NCBI RefSeq assembly: GCF_006345805.1
Contig: NC_043004.1
Span: 56,482,001-56,546,000 of the forward strand
Reading direction: 5' to 3'
Source: Octopus sinensis
Taxonomy: Eukaryota
Length of the DNA: 64,000 bases
Positions 13,833-24,326 of this stretch are shown here, one piece after another. Position 1 is the first letter of the stretch. Each line of letters begins with the position of its first letter. The position numbers and the translations under genes are program-made. The notes beneath the pieces were generated by a model that had not been told where the DNA came from, ran no database searches, and saw nothing but the letters and a program-made list of their open reading frames with translations.

Positions 13833-14403
13833 GGCGGTGAGCTGGCACAAACTTTAGCTGGCACAAACGGGCGAAATGCGAATCCGAGGTCGACTTTGCC
13901 TTTCATCCTTTCGGGGTCGATAAATTAAGTACCAGTTACGCACTGAGGTTGATGTAATCGACTTAAACCGTTTGTATGTCCTTGTTTGTCCCATCTGTGT
14001 GTAGCCCCTTGTGGGTAGTAAAGAAATAGGCATTTCTTCTGCCGCTACGTTCTGAGATCAAATTCCGCCGAAGTCAACTTTGCCTTTCATCCTTTCCGGG
14101 TCGATTAATTAAGTACCAGTTACGCACTGGAGTTGATGTAATCGACTAAATCCGTTTGTCTGTCCTTGTTTGTGCCCTCTGTGTGTAGCCCCTTGTGGGT
14201 AGTAAAGAAATAAGTATTTCATCTGTTTTTACGTTCTGAGTTCAAATTCCGCCGAGGTCGACTTTGCTTTTCATCCTTTCTGGGGTCGATTAAATAAGTA
14301 CCAGTAACGCACTGGGGTCGATGTAATCGACTTAATCCCTTTACTTATCCTTGTTTATCCCCTCTATGTTTAGCCCCTTATGAGCAATAAAGACATAAGA
14401 AAC
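13833..14403 (+). mobile_element. Family D (Meta-domain-like) SINE: one head plus three tandem ~183-bp body+tail units
   Basis: GCCTTTCATCCTTTCGGGGTCGATAAA..AAGTACCAG occurs three times. It resembles the MetaSINE central domain as I recall it. Confidence 0.85.
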
Positions 14404-14529
14404 ATGAGAAGTTGGCGAATGTGATTCCTGCTCTGGAATTCTAATATGGTAAGGGGTGTAAATGATAGTTGTAATGTATGCTAAATAAGCGACAAGAAAG
14501 TAGGAGTGGTTGGAACATTTAGTATATTG

Positions 14530-14675
14530 GTTTCATTATAATATTTCGGGGTAGAGGCTAAGTGCATCATATCGAATCCAGTGCTTCACTACTACTTATT
14601 TTATTGACCCCAAAAAGATGAAAGGCAAAGTCGCCCTCTGCGAAATTTTAACTCAGAGCTTAAAGACGGACATTT
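14530..14675 (-). mobile_element. Degenerate family D SINE fragment
   Basis: GATGAAAGGCAAAGTC and AACTCAGA are reverse complements of the core and B-box region. Confidence 0.65.
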
Positions 14676-14764
14676 TTGATCAGACGTCTAAAGACATGGT
14701 ACCCACCGAGTAGAAACCTTTGCTTTGGCATTCCAATGAGCATAATATCCTCAACTTTCACTCG

Positions 14765-14970
14765 GGATATGCTAATAGCTCCCCGGGCAAAATGCTTAGT
14801 AGCATTTCGTCTGACTCTACCTTCTGACTCCAATATCCGCTGGGGTCGACTTAGCCTCTTATCTTTTCGGGCTCGATGTAATAAGTACCAGTTGAACATT
14901 GAATTCGATGTAATCGACCTATAGCTTCCTGTAAATTTGCCGGTCTCGTGCCAAAATTTAAATCCAATAT
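14765..14970 (+). mobile_element. Degenerate family D SINE
   Basis: AAATGCTTAGTAGCATTTCGTC...GGGGTCGACTT...TAAGTACCAGTTG...GTGCCAAAATTT. Confidence 0.7.
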
Positions 14971-15126
14971 CTTCAGTCTTCCTTGGAGTAATTGCCAAAT
15001 AATGCCAAGTAGCTTGTTTGAACGAATGAAGTATCTGTGTAAATTTTTTTACAGTTCATATTTGTAATTTTTCCCTATCGAATTATTTGCTATTTATATG
15101 TATTTTGGATGTAAAAACGAAAGAGT

Positions 15127-15312
15127 GAATGAGTGAGAGAGGCACAAACAGAGGGAGAGAGAGTGACAGAGAGAGAGAGAGACAGAGGGAGGGAGAGAGA
15201 GGGGGAGAGAGAAAGAAAGAGAGAGAGAGTGACAGAGAGAGAGAGACAGAGGGAAATAGTGAGTGTGAGGGAGGGAGAGAGAGTGGGAGAGAGAAAGAAA
15301 GAGAGAGAGAGT

Positions 15313-15348
<36 letters not shown>

Positions 15349-15413
15349 ATAGTGAGTGTGAGGGAGGGGGGGAGAGAGAGAGTGGGAGAGAGAAAGAAAG
15401 AGAGAGAGAGAGA
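15127..15413. repeat. (GA)n-rich tract with internal higher-order duplication
   Basis: Repeated GGGAGAGAGAAAGAAAGAGAGAGAGAGTGACAGAGAGAG and ATAGTGAGTGTGAGGGAGGG blocks. Confidence 0.85.
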
Positions 15414-16047
15414 TAAATTAAGTTTCTATGAAATCTATTGTATTCTGTTTGAAAATATCCGTTGCTTTTGAGAAATGTTTTGGCTAGAATAAAATATACG
15501 ATAGTATTCCATTATGCATGGTATATAAATATATATCGAACTCGTTACTAAGCCTATATTCCCTTCCTACTACCGGCAGAATAAGAAATGTATCGATAGT
15601 GGTTTGTTATTCACTTACCCTGCTTTGATTGTTGTAATTACAAAAATAAAAATATAAAGATCCATAATGCAAACAATTGATCCAAACAAACACATTTTCT
15701 AAAAATAAGCATCAACAAATCATTAATTAATATTTAATAGAAAACCTTATTTGCCACCTAACACACATTCTCTCTCTAGTTGATTTCCCTCAACAGATAG
15801 GATGTACAACTGCTTACGTATTGTTAAGGATGTTCGGTGCTACACTGTTGAGTAGATGTTTCCATTTGATGTGGAAACTATATTAATTACGAACACCACA
15901 TACTCGCTCATTTGCAAATAGACTGACATCTTCTGTTGGTTACGCCCTTTACAGCCACAGCCAAATATTTTACAAGTTGGATGAAATGACAAAATACGAA
16001 ATTTTAGATTATCACAGAAGTGAAGAACGTATTGATTATAATAACAA

Positions 16048-16344
16048 GGCGGCGAGCAGGGAGAATCATTCGCTCACCGTTCTGAATTGAAATTCCACCG
16101 TGATCTAATTTGCCTTTCATTCTTTCGGAGACGATAAAACAAATACCAGTTGCTCGATGGCGTCGATGTAGCTAAATTACCACCTCACAAACTTGCTGGC
16201 CTTGTGCCAAAATTTGAAATCATTATAAATTACAATAACTGCATGCTTAGCAGCATTTCGTCCTCTGCCTTTCATCCCTTCAGGCTCGATAAAATGTGTA
16301 CCAGTTGATTACTTGCTGGCCTTGTGCCAAAAATAGAAACCGAT
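16048..16344 (+). mobile_element. Two degenerate family D SINE pieces
   Basis: Two GCCTTTCAT..GATAAAA..TACCAGTTG cores, each ending CTTGCTGGCCTTGTGCCAAAA. Confidence 0.65.
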
Positions 16345-16345
16345 A

Positions 16346-16734
16346 TCTTTATATATAAAAGTGAAGTTGTGTGTCTGTCTCCTACGATTTAGATTCCTAA
16401 CTACTCCCACATTTTGCGGTGCAGTTAAACCAAAACCGGGTATCTTATAGTCGTGATTCATATCGAGCCCTTCTGGGTATTAGCGCGCGTCTACGATGAG
16501 TCTACGATTAAAAAAAAAATTATCATCATGTTTTTCCATTTTAATGCATTTTTTTCGCTAAGAGAAGTAACTCTCTAAAAATGTCTACGATGAGTCAACG
16601 ATTTAAAAAAATTTACCATCATTTTTTTCCCATTTTTAATGCATTTTTTTGCTATTTTTTAGCTATAACTCTCTAAAAATGCTTATATAGTTATTTCCCT
16701 TACAAACCCGAGCAACGCCGGGCGATACTGCTAG
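16346..16734 (+). mobile_element. Non-autonomous Helitron
   Basis: A|TC start at 16346, subterminal hairpin CCCGAGCAACGCCGGG, CTAG|T end at 16734, and an internal ~95-bp direct repeat (CTACGATGAGTC.ACGATT...). Confidence 0.8.
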
Positions 16735-17168
16735 TTATTTATAATAACAGTTTAATTGAAATGCATTCAAAAAAAAGTTTTGTGACTATAAAATCCAGCA
16801 TCAACGTATCTCATCGAGTAGATTCAAGAGAAACGTCGTACAATATATTCTCTTCTTGGTCTGTTTAAATCACTTATTTGACTACAACGTATCTAATCAG
16901 CTCAGGAAAAAAAACTATTGTAAAACCTATCCATCTAATATTAAGAGATTATAATGTACTTGTTTACTTTAACCTGAAGTATATAGAAGAAGCGTACCGC
17001 ATTCCATGTGAAGCTATCAAACTCATATTAACTGGATAGACAAATACAGTATAAAACAGCATTTAAAACACAACATGAATGTTTTCCTTTTAGCGATATT
17101 CTTAAGGCATATAAACTCGAAGAAGCCAAAGATGTGCAATCCTTCTCTGAAATATTAAGAATAATTAC

Positions 17169-17342
17169 GTCTCCAATTTTGGCGGAGTGGGTGGTTCCCT
17201 CTTCTGGAAATTAATGCAAGGAAAAATATCTTGTATATATCTCAATGGATACAGAAAATACGTATCCTCCCACTCACAAAGCAGAAGCCAAGCTCCTGAT
17301 AATATTGTAACCAGAATCCTTGAAATATTGGTGCACTAAGGT
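17169..17342 (-). CDS. Candidate pair of host exons (17342-17278 and 17203-17169)
   Basis: 74-nt GTGAGT...TTTTTCCTTGCATTAATTTCCAG intron between them. Two spliced frames are open (TLVHQYFKDSGYNIIRSLASALRGNHPLRQNWR or LSAPIFQGFWLQYYQELGFCFKREPPTPPKLE). The upstream acceptor is weak. Confidence 0.25.
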
Positions 17343-17430
17343 CTATATTCAGATCCGAATTTAACATGCATGCATGCATACATGAACACATACATACATA
17401 CATACATACATACATACATACATACATACA

Positions 17431-17462
<32 letters not shown>

Positions 17463-17680
17463 AATACATCCCTTGATCACACATTGCTCGACGAACGGCA
17501 ACGTGAAACTCTGAGTAGCAGATTTTTGTGATTTTTTGTGATATTTTTGCAGGTGTAATAATTAACCATATTATTCTTCCTAGGGTATCGTGTACCATTT
17601 TTTCCCACCTTGTTTCACATCTATGTGCTTACTCGGTTATCTATACACATGATTGTATGTATGCACACACACACATAACA

Positions 17681-17719
<39 letters not shown>

Positions 17720-18001
17720 ACACGCACACATTATTCCAGAATTGCAAATGTAAACGCGTATTTAATCGTGTTAAATCACTGAAACTTTTATATTCATTCA
17801 GATACCTATTTTTTACAAAACAGTTGCAGAAAAATGAAAGTATATGTTTTAGTTGAAAACATATACTTACTAGCATACATATATATATATATATACTAAC
17901 AATATAGGATGAAGTCCCTTTCTCTACAGAAAAGGATTCATTCAGAAAGCGTGGCAGTATATTAAAAAAACCTTTACGGTTGAAGTATAAACATTTTATA
18001 G

Positions 18002-18148
18002 TTAAGAGCTAAAGAAGGTTATTCTAAAGCCAATACACTGATTTATCCACTTATAATCCACTTGTTACAGTTCAATTTTCCTGTAACAAGTAGATTATAA
18101 GTGGATTAATCAGTGTATTGGCTTTAGAATAACCTCTTTAGCCCTTAA
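18002..18148. repeat. Near-perfect foldback (arms ~69 bp, 10-nt loop), TTAA at both ends
   Basis: 18002-18070 vs 18081-18148 differ by three mismatches and one indel. Confidence 0.85.
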
Positions 18149-18158
18149 TTATAATATT

Positions 18159-18215
<57 letters not shown>

Positions 18216-18374
18216 TGCACACACACACACAAAACACACACACAAAATCACACACAACATATATTCATCTGTGCTGTTTATCCTTCCGTTGTTCTGTCAT
18301 ATGGGATATTTACCAGTGGGTGGATTCGTTTTTCTAATTGTCAAAATACTTTTACGCTATCCTTATCGGGGTAA

Positions 18375-18774
18375 GGTGGCGAGCTGGCAGAAACGTTAGC
18401 ACGCCGGGTGAAATGCGTAGTCGTATTTCGTCTGCCGCTACGTTCTGAGTTCAAATTCCGCCGAGGTCGACTTAACCTTTCATCCTTTCGGGGTCGATAA
18501 ATTAAGTATCAGTTACGCACTGGGGTCGACGTAATCGACGTAATCCGTTTGTCTGTACTTGTTTGTCCCCTCTATGTTTAGCCCCTTGCGGGTAGTAAAG
18601 AGGTAGGTATTTCGTCTGCCGTTACGTTCTGAGTTCAAATTCCGCCAAGGTCGACTTTGCCTTTCATCCTTTGGAGGTCGATAACTTAAGTACCATCTGC
18701 GTACTGGGGTAGATCTAATCGACTGGCTCTCTCCTTTAAAATTTCGGGCGTTGTACCTAGAGTAGAAAAGACTA
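18375..18774 (+). mobile_element. Family D SINE, dimeric form (Tx1-like tail, then a second body with a different tail)
   Basis: Head GGTGGCGAGCTGGCAGAAACGTTAG, B box GAGTTCAAATTCC twice, two Meta-like cores. Confidence 0.85.
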
Positions 18775-19278
18775 TTTTTTATCAGTGTGTCAATCATCAA
18801 AAATCATTTGCTCTTCTCGTAATAGGATGTGCGTTATTACAGGTCTGCGTATATTGCTATTTTCACCAGCAGACATTCCTTCTGCATAAAGCACAGACAC
18901 TCAGACACAGGAACTAACTACTTGCATTCATACACACATATATGTACTCATTTCTAAACAAATATCCATTAATACACACATGCACATATATATAAATATG
19001 CTTATACACACTGAAATAGCTTAAGTCATGAGACATTGTGCGCATAGCAACAATGTGAGAGAATTAGGTATTAATATATGTTAATACAAATGTGTATTAA
19101 TCTCTGCTGCCTGAATATACCGTGTGTTCAAGCCAAACGTCTTTGTCTACTGAACGTGCATATTAATGTATCGCACAGTTAGATTTTGTGATTTTATTGT
19201 TTCATATACTCACATAACTGGTCGGCAGAGATGATATTGTAGTATCACTGCCATTGTGACTGGATCTCAGCTGAAAAC

Positions 19279-19378
19279 NNNNNNNNNNNNNNNNNNNNNN
19301 NNNNNNNNNNNNNNNNNNNNNNNNNNNNNNNNNNNNNNNNNNNNNNNNNNNNNNNNNNNNNNNNNNNNNNNNNNNNNN
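19279..19378. other. Assembly gap (100 N)
   Basis: Run of N. Confidence 1.
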
Positions 19379-19630
19379 ATCCGACGTTATAATTCAAATG
19401 CCCCAACCAACAGCGCGCCAAACTTTCACGGAAAACAAATACAGCATTTAGAAATAAATGCAGCATAATTATAATTAATTAATAAGGGTGAGAGAATTAG
19501 ATACTAATTTAATAGTATAATAGTATATATATATATATATATATAAGGATACGATCGTTAATTTAAAATAAAATAACGAACTTATCAAATGGTCAGCATG
19601 GAAAAAATAACCTTCAAAGGTAATAATTAA

Positions 19631-19787
19631 TAAAATTATAAATTATGCTATCTACAAGATACCACCATGCTGAATATAGCAGCCATGGACCGACTCTAGA
19701 ACCACCTTAAGGTAATTTTAGAGTCGGTTCATGGTTGCTATTTTTCACAATGGTGGTATCTCGTAGATACCCTAATTTATAATTTTA
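19631..19787. repeat. Imperfect palindrome / hairpin MITE-like element
   Basis: Arms ~78 bp centred on ACCTTAAGGT (19704-19713); for example CCATGGACCGACTCTA pairs with TAGAGTCGGTTCATGG. Confidence 0.8.
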
Positions 19788-20381
19788 ATATATATATGTG
19801 TGAGTGTGTGTGTGTTCTATATATATATATATATATGTTCTATAAATGGCAATTTCTCTCATTCTGTGTCTACCCGTTACCAATAGCATATATGACGAAA
19901 TTAACATCCAGCTCAATAAGAGGCGAATTGGATTTCAATATTAATGTGCCCCCTAAGTGTTGGGGCGAATTATATCATAAAATGAGAAGGGTGGAAGAGT
20001 ACTAGAGTGAAGGAAATATGGTGATAGAGTTAGGGTTATTTACATCAAGTAAGGGGAGACAAGCGTTTTTTTAAGCGACAATTAGGGAATGGCAATAGGA
20101 TGTAAACGTTATAGAGCTTTCATATACATGAGACGCTGAATACATACGTTTGTAATTACATAGATACATGCATGCACACACACAGACACACACATGCTCA
20201 TAAGAAACTTTTAAAGCGCCCAGTAAGGGAGAAAATGTGGGTGTGAGGAATGCGTAGATTTAAGGAGAGAGGTGCCTTTTTTACTGTCCATCAGAAAGAA
20301 ACACTCGACCATCGACACACACACACACACATACATGTATATAAATACGTACATACATGCATACATACATACATACATGTA

Positions 20382-20439
20382 GGCGCAGGAGTGGGTATGT
20401 AGGCACAGGAGTGGCTGTGTGGTAAGTAGCTTCTTACCA
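20382..20439 (+). mobile_element. 5' head of a SINE family A copy split by element 1
   Basis: GGCACAGGAGTGGCTGTGTGGTAAGTAGCTTCTTACCA, preceded by a 20-bp duplicated head start. Confidence 0.85.
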
Positions 20440-22583
20440 GACAGACGTGTTGTTTTTTGCTCCTGCAAATGTCACGTGTTTGAACGTGAAATGTTGAACT
20501 TTTGACTCGGCGACAGGTAAGACGTTCTGTATTTTTAGAAGCATAGTGAAGTTTATTGCTTGCTTAATGTTATTTAGCAGTTAACGTTATCTAGCATTAA
20601 TATTTTTTTGCGGGTAATAGACTTCACTTTACTTCAGATATATTTCAGATATATTGTGCTTTGTGAGGAGGCGTAGCCCCTCCGCAAAAATTAATTTGTT
20701 TGCTTGTGTTTTACTACTTCGCAAGAAAATTATAAAAATAAGCCACTATTGGATTACCTTTCGGACCCATTTTTGTGGCGGTTGTGTTGCAGTTGCGGCG
20801 TTCCAGGTTCAACCCAGGCCGGGAGTACCGCAAGGCCAGAATATTTTTGCTGTGTTTTTTCTGTTTATTAACTTTCTTTTGAACTTCATTTAACCCCCCC
20901 CCCCTTTTGTTTTTTTTCTTTATTGCGACTTTCCGTTAATTTCTTCCCTTCTGTCGTGCTTTCTCCTTTTTGGTTTTTTCAAAAATCAAATTTTATTTGA
21001 CTTTTGAACTTTTTCTTCCTGCTTTTGAGTTTAATTTGAATATATTTTAAAAAAAACATGGCAATGAAAAATAACAAAATTTTGGAGTGGGAAATCATAC
21101 CACCTAAAAAGTGGTTAAAAGACCGTGAAGATAGGAAGGTGGTGTTGAGAACCTACTCCAAGGCACTTGACACCATCGCCCTATTCGAAAAGACGCCAAT
21201 TGAAAAGGAGTTGGAAGAGTATTTGCCAACAATTAAATTCATTTCCAGGGGTGTCAAATATGCAACGGCGTTGTTGCTATTTGACACCCCTGAAGAGGCT
21301 TGCAAATTTGCTAGCAAACCCTTGGAGGGTAAGGAAATCGTATTCCTGCCCACGTACAAAAAAAAGAAATTGATGAAAGCTTGGATCTGCGGACTGCCAC
21401 CCGACATAGAATCCGAGTGGATAGAGGAGACTATCCGCCGGGATCTGGGTGACAGCGAAACTAAGCTCCTCAATGTAAAAGTTCTTCCTGCGGCTGCTTG
21501 GGTTGGATCAAAAGCAATTTTGACCCTGTGGACCCAATCAGCCAATCTGGTTCTTCCAGATTTTTTGAAAATGGCCGGGTGCAGGTACCCGGTGATGCTT
21601 GAGGGTCGCCCCCCTAAGTGTCATCGGTGCTTGGAGTCCGGCCACATAAAGAAGAACTGTCCTCGGGAACAAAATAGGATCCCGGAACAGTTAAGTAAAA
21701 CCCCTCTAGAAGAGGGAACGATAACGGCCGAGAAAGCAGAGGACTCCTCAAACAGAGGCGAAAGAGAAGGTGAGCAACAATGGGTGCTCACCAAAGGATA
21801 ATAGGATGAGGAGAGGAAGGCGAATCTTCCAGCCACGAGGAGACGCACCCTCCCTCAGTTGAAAAGGGAAAAAAAAGAAAAAGAGGAAGAAAAACGGGCT
21901 GTCAGTGTAGCACCGGAATGTCGCGGAACTACGTCGGTTGGGGTTGTGCCACCGACAAGAGAAGGAATACTGTTGGCGGAAACTGTGCCACCAACGAAAG
22001 AGCTGAATGTATTGGTCCTCTTCTATAGAGGAGGAGAAATTGAAAAGTGATGGAAGAGCACTACAAGGGAGCACCTTTAGCCTTCACACAGGACCCCGAA
22101 TGGCCTCCGCAGGTAGCTGTGGAGGCCGTGGCGTTCGACGTGACGCTAGGGCTAAAGGAGCTCAATGAAGATTATAACTTGGTCCCGGGCGACGCGAACT
22201 CGGAACTTGACTACGTTCTGAGGAGGCGTGGTTGATGGTGGAGGGCGCGGGCACAAGCTATTTCGAGGACGATATGTATTATTAGTAATGGACTTAAGTC
22301 CAAAAATTGAAAAATTGTAAGAGGATTAATACCTCGTTTTGTATTAATAATGGACTGCTAAGTCCAAAAATTGGAAAAATTGTAAGAGGTTTAATACCTC
22401 GTTTTGTGTTTATCTTTTTAAAAAAGAACAATGTTTTAGAGAAGCAAAAGTCGGCGGGCGCTTTCTGTCTTCTCCCATCCTTATCATCTTTCTTTCATTA
22501 TCATTCACCTCATTAATGTCCTCGTCCAGCCCGCAAAGCTAACTTAATCTGTGTACTGCCTTTATGGCAAATGTTTTGAAATA
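20440..22583 (+). mobile_element. Element 1: ORF1-only Tx1-type non-autonomous retrotransposon (~2.1 kb)
   Basis: Flanked by AAGTAGCTT.(C/T)(T/C)TACCA duplications (20424-20439 and 22584-22600). It has a 5' UTR, a gag-like ORF1, a short 3' UTR ending AAATAA, and no EN/RT sequence. Confidence 0.85.
21058..22235 (+). pseudogene. ORF1/gag-like protein with CX2CX4HX4C zinc knuckle, disrupted after codon 247
   Basis: LEGRPPKCHRCLESGHIKKNCP. The downstream pieces (21859-22050, 22047-22235) align by eye with the element 2 ORF1 C-terminus. Confidence 0.85.
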
Positions 22584-22978
22584 AAGTAGCTTGTCTACCA
22601 ACCACACTGTTCCAGGTTCAGTCCCACTGCGTCGCACCTTGGGCAAGTGTCTTCTACTATAGCCTCGGGCCGACCAAAGCCTTGTGAGTGGATTTGGTAG
22701 ACGGAAACTGAAAGAAGCCCGTCGTATATATGTATATATATATATATGCGCGTGTGTGTATTTGTGTGTCTGTGTTTGTTCCCTAGCATTGCTTGACAAC
22801 CGATGCTGGTGTGATTATGTCCCCGTTACTTAGCGGTTCGGCAAAAGAGATCGATAGAAAAAGTACTGGGCTTACAAAAAAATAAGTCCCGGGGTCGATT
22901 TGCTCGATTAATGGCGGTGCTCCAGCATGGCCGCAGTCAAATGACTGAAACAAGTAAAAGAGTAAAAGAGTAAAAGTG
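22584..22978 (+). mobile_element. Remainder of the SINE family A copy split by element 1
   Basis: Resumes AAGTAGCTTG..TACCAACCAC..GTTCCAGGTTCAGTCCC and ends (AAAGAGTA)n. Confidence 0.9.
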
Positions 22979-23311
22979 TATACATGCATACACAAGTCTA
23001 TTATACACCATTTTAAAATCGTGATTACCTATCTGTACGTTTGTAACTGTGTGTATGTGAGTATGTGTGCGTTTTTATGTGTGTCTGTGTGTGTCACATC
23101 CTCCCTAATTTTGTAAGATGTGCCCTGTTGCTGTCAAATATTGTAAAAATAAAATTACGTAAAATGTTCAAATTCGGTATTTCCCACTTAAAAGAAAAAT
23201 TGCAGAAATCTGTCCAGATGAAGGGGCCTATCTATTGGGAAAGATATGGTCAGACATGAAATAAGCAAAAGTTTACATAAGTCATGTTATTGTAAAAATT
23301 GCCCCTCAACG

Positions 23312-23380
<69 letters not shown>

Positions 23381-23479
23381 TAGGTGAATAGCCCGATCTC
23401 GGAATCATAGGGTTAGTAGCCCGCACTAGGATTAGTATGCCGGTTTGAATTGTTTCCAAAGTAATTTTTGTCCATTCTT

Positions 23480-24326
23480 CAGATAAAGCAGTCTCCAGTT
23501 CTTGTAGTCATGACGGTGGAGGATATCGACATATTTTGTTCTAAAATACACCATAAGCTTTCAATAATATGGAGATCTGGGGACTGTGGTGGCCAGATAA
23601 AATGTTCAACTTCACTAGAATTTTTCTCGTGTGTGAATTTCTGTATCATCTTCCTGAAACAGTTCCGAAAACAGTTCTGCAACCATAGATCAATTTGATC
23701 AGATAAAATGCTTAAGTTGACTAGACTATTAATTCTGCCAAGAAAGGAAACCATTGGGCCGGCGGATTTCCAATATATAGCCCCCACCCCCGCATCATCA
23801 TAGATCTTCCATGTTTAGCAGTTGGAAGAAGGCAATCTGGGTCAGATGCTTCTTTTCGTTGTCTTCACACGTGTACTCTATCGGTGGTCGGACATGGGGT
23901 AAAGGATGACTCGTCTAGGGACCAATTCTGTAGGTATTTATTGCAGTCGAAACGCATTGCAATGTTTGTTTATGAAAGTAGTGGTTTTTTGATTGGATCC
24001 CTCCAGTGAAATCCGGCTTTGTGCAGCTCCTGGCGAACATGTTTTGTAGAAAATGGGTTCTGAAGGTGTTCCTTAATCTCAGAAGTAATTTTGGGAGCTG
24101 TACATTTGTAATCCTTTCTCTCAATTCAGGTAAGAGTCAGACGGTCGCCATCGGAATGTTTTGGTTTTCTTCTGGAGTTTTGCTCCGAGGAGGAGGTTTT
24201 TCCCTCTTACTCAAAGGCTGTAATTACTTTCGAGACAGTACTTCTGGATACACCAATCATTTCGGCTGCTTCCGTTACGCTAGCACCAACAATTTGACCT
24301 CTTTGAAAGTCCGATAGATCTGTCAG
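23480..24326 (-). pseudogene. Tc1-family transposase relic
   Basis: N-terminal DLSDFQRGQIVGA...GVSRSTVS (paired-like HTH), then DESSFT, then WPPQSPDLHIIESLW. Contains stops and frameshifts. Confidence 0.85.

Noticed and set aside
13900-14403. Regularly spaced repeats superficially like a CRISPR or satellite array
   Set aside because: Whole ~183-bp units are homologous SINE bodies with no unique spacers, in a eukaryotic context.
21153-21848. Antisense ORFs over LINE coding regions (also 34306-35487, 36779-37261, 41855-43420 and 59394-63541)
   Set aside because: Shadow frames of GC-richer coding sequence with no recognisable motifs.
23378-23460. ACTAGGTGAATAGCCCG, resembling a Helitron 3' end on the minus strand
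   Set aside because: The hairpin is poor and no matching 5' end was found.
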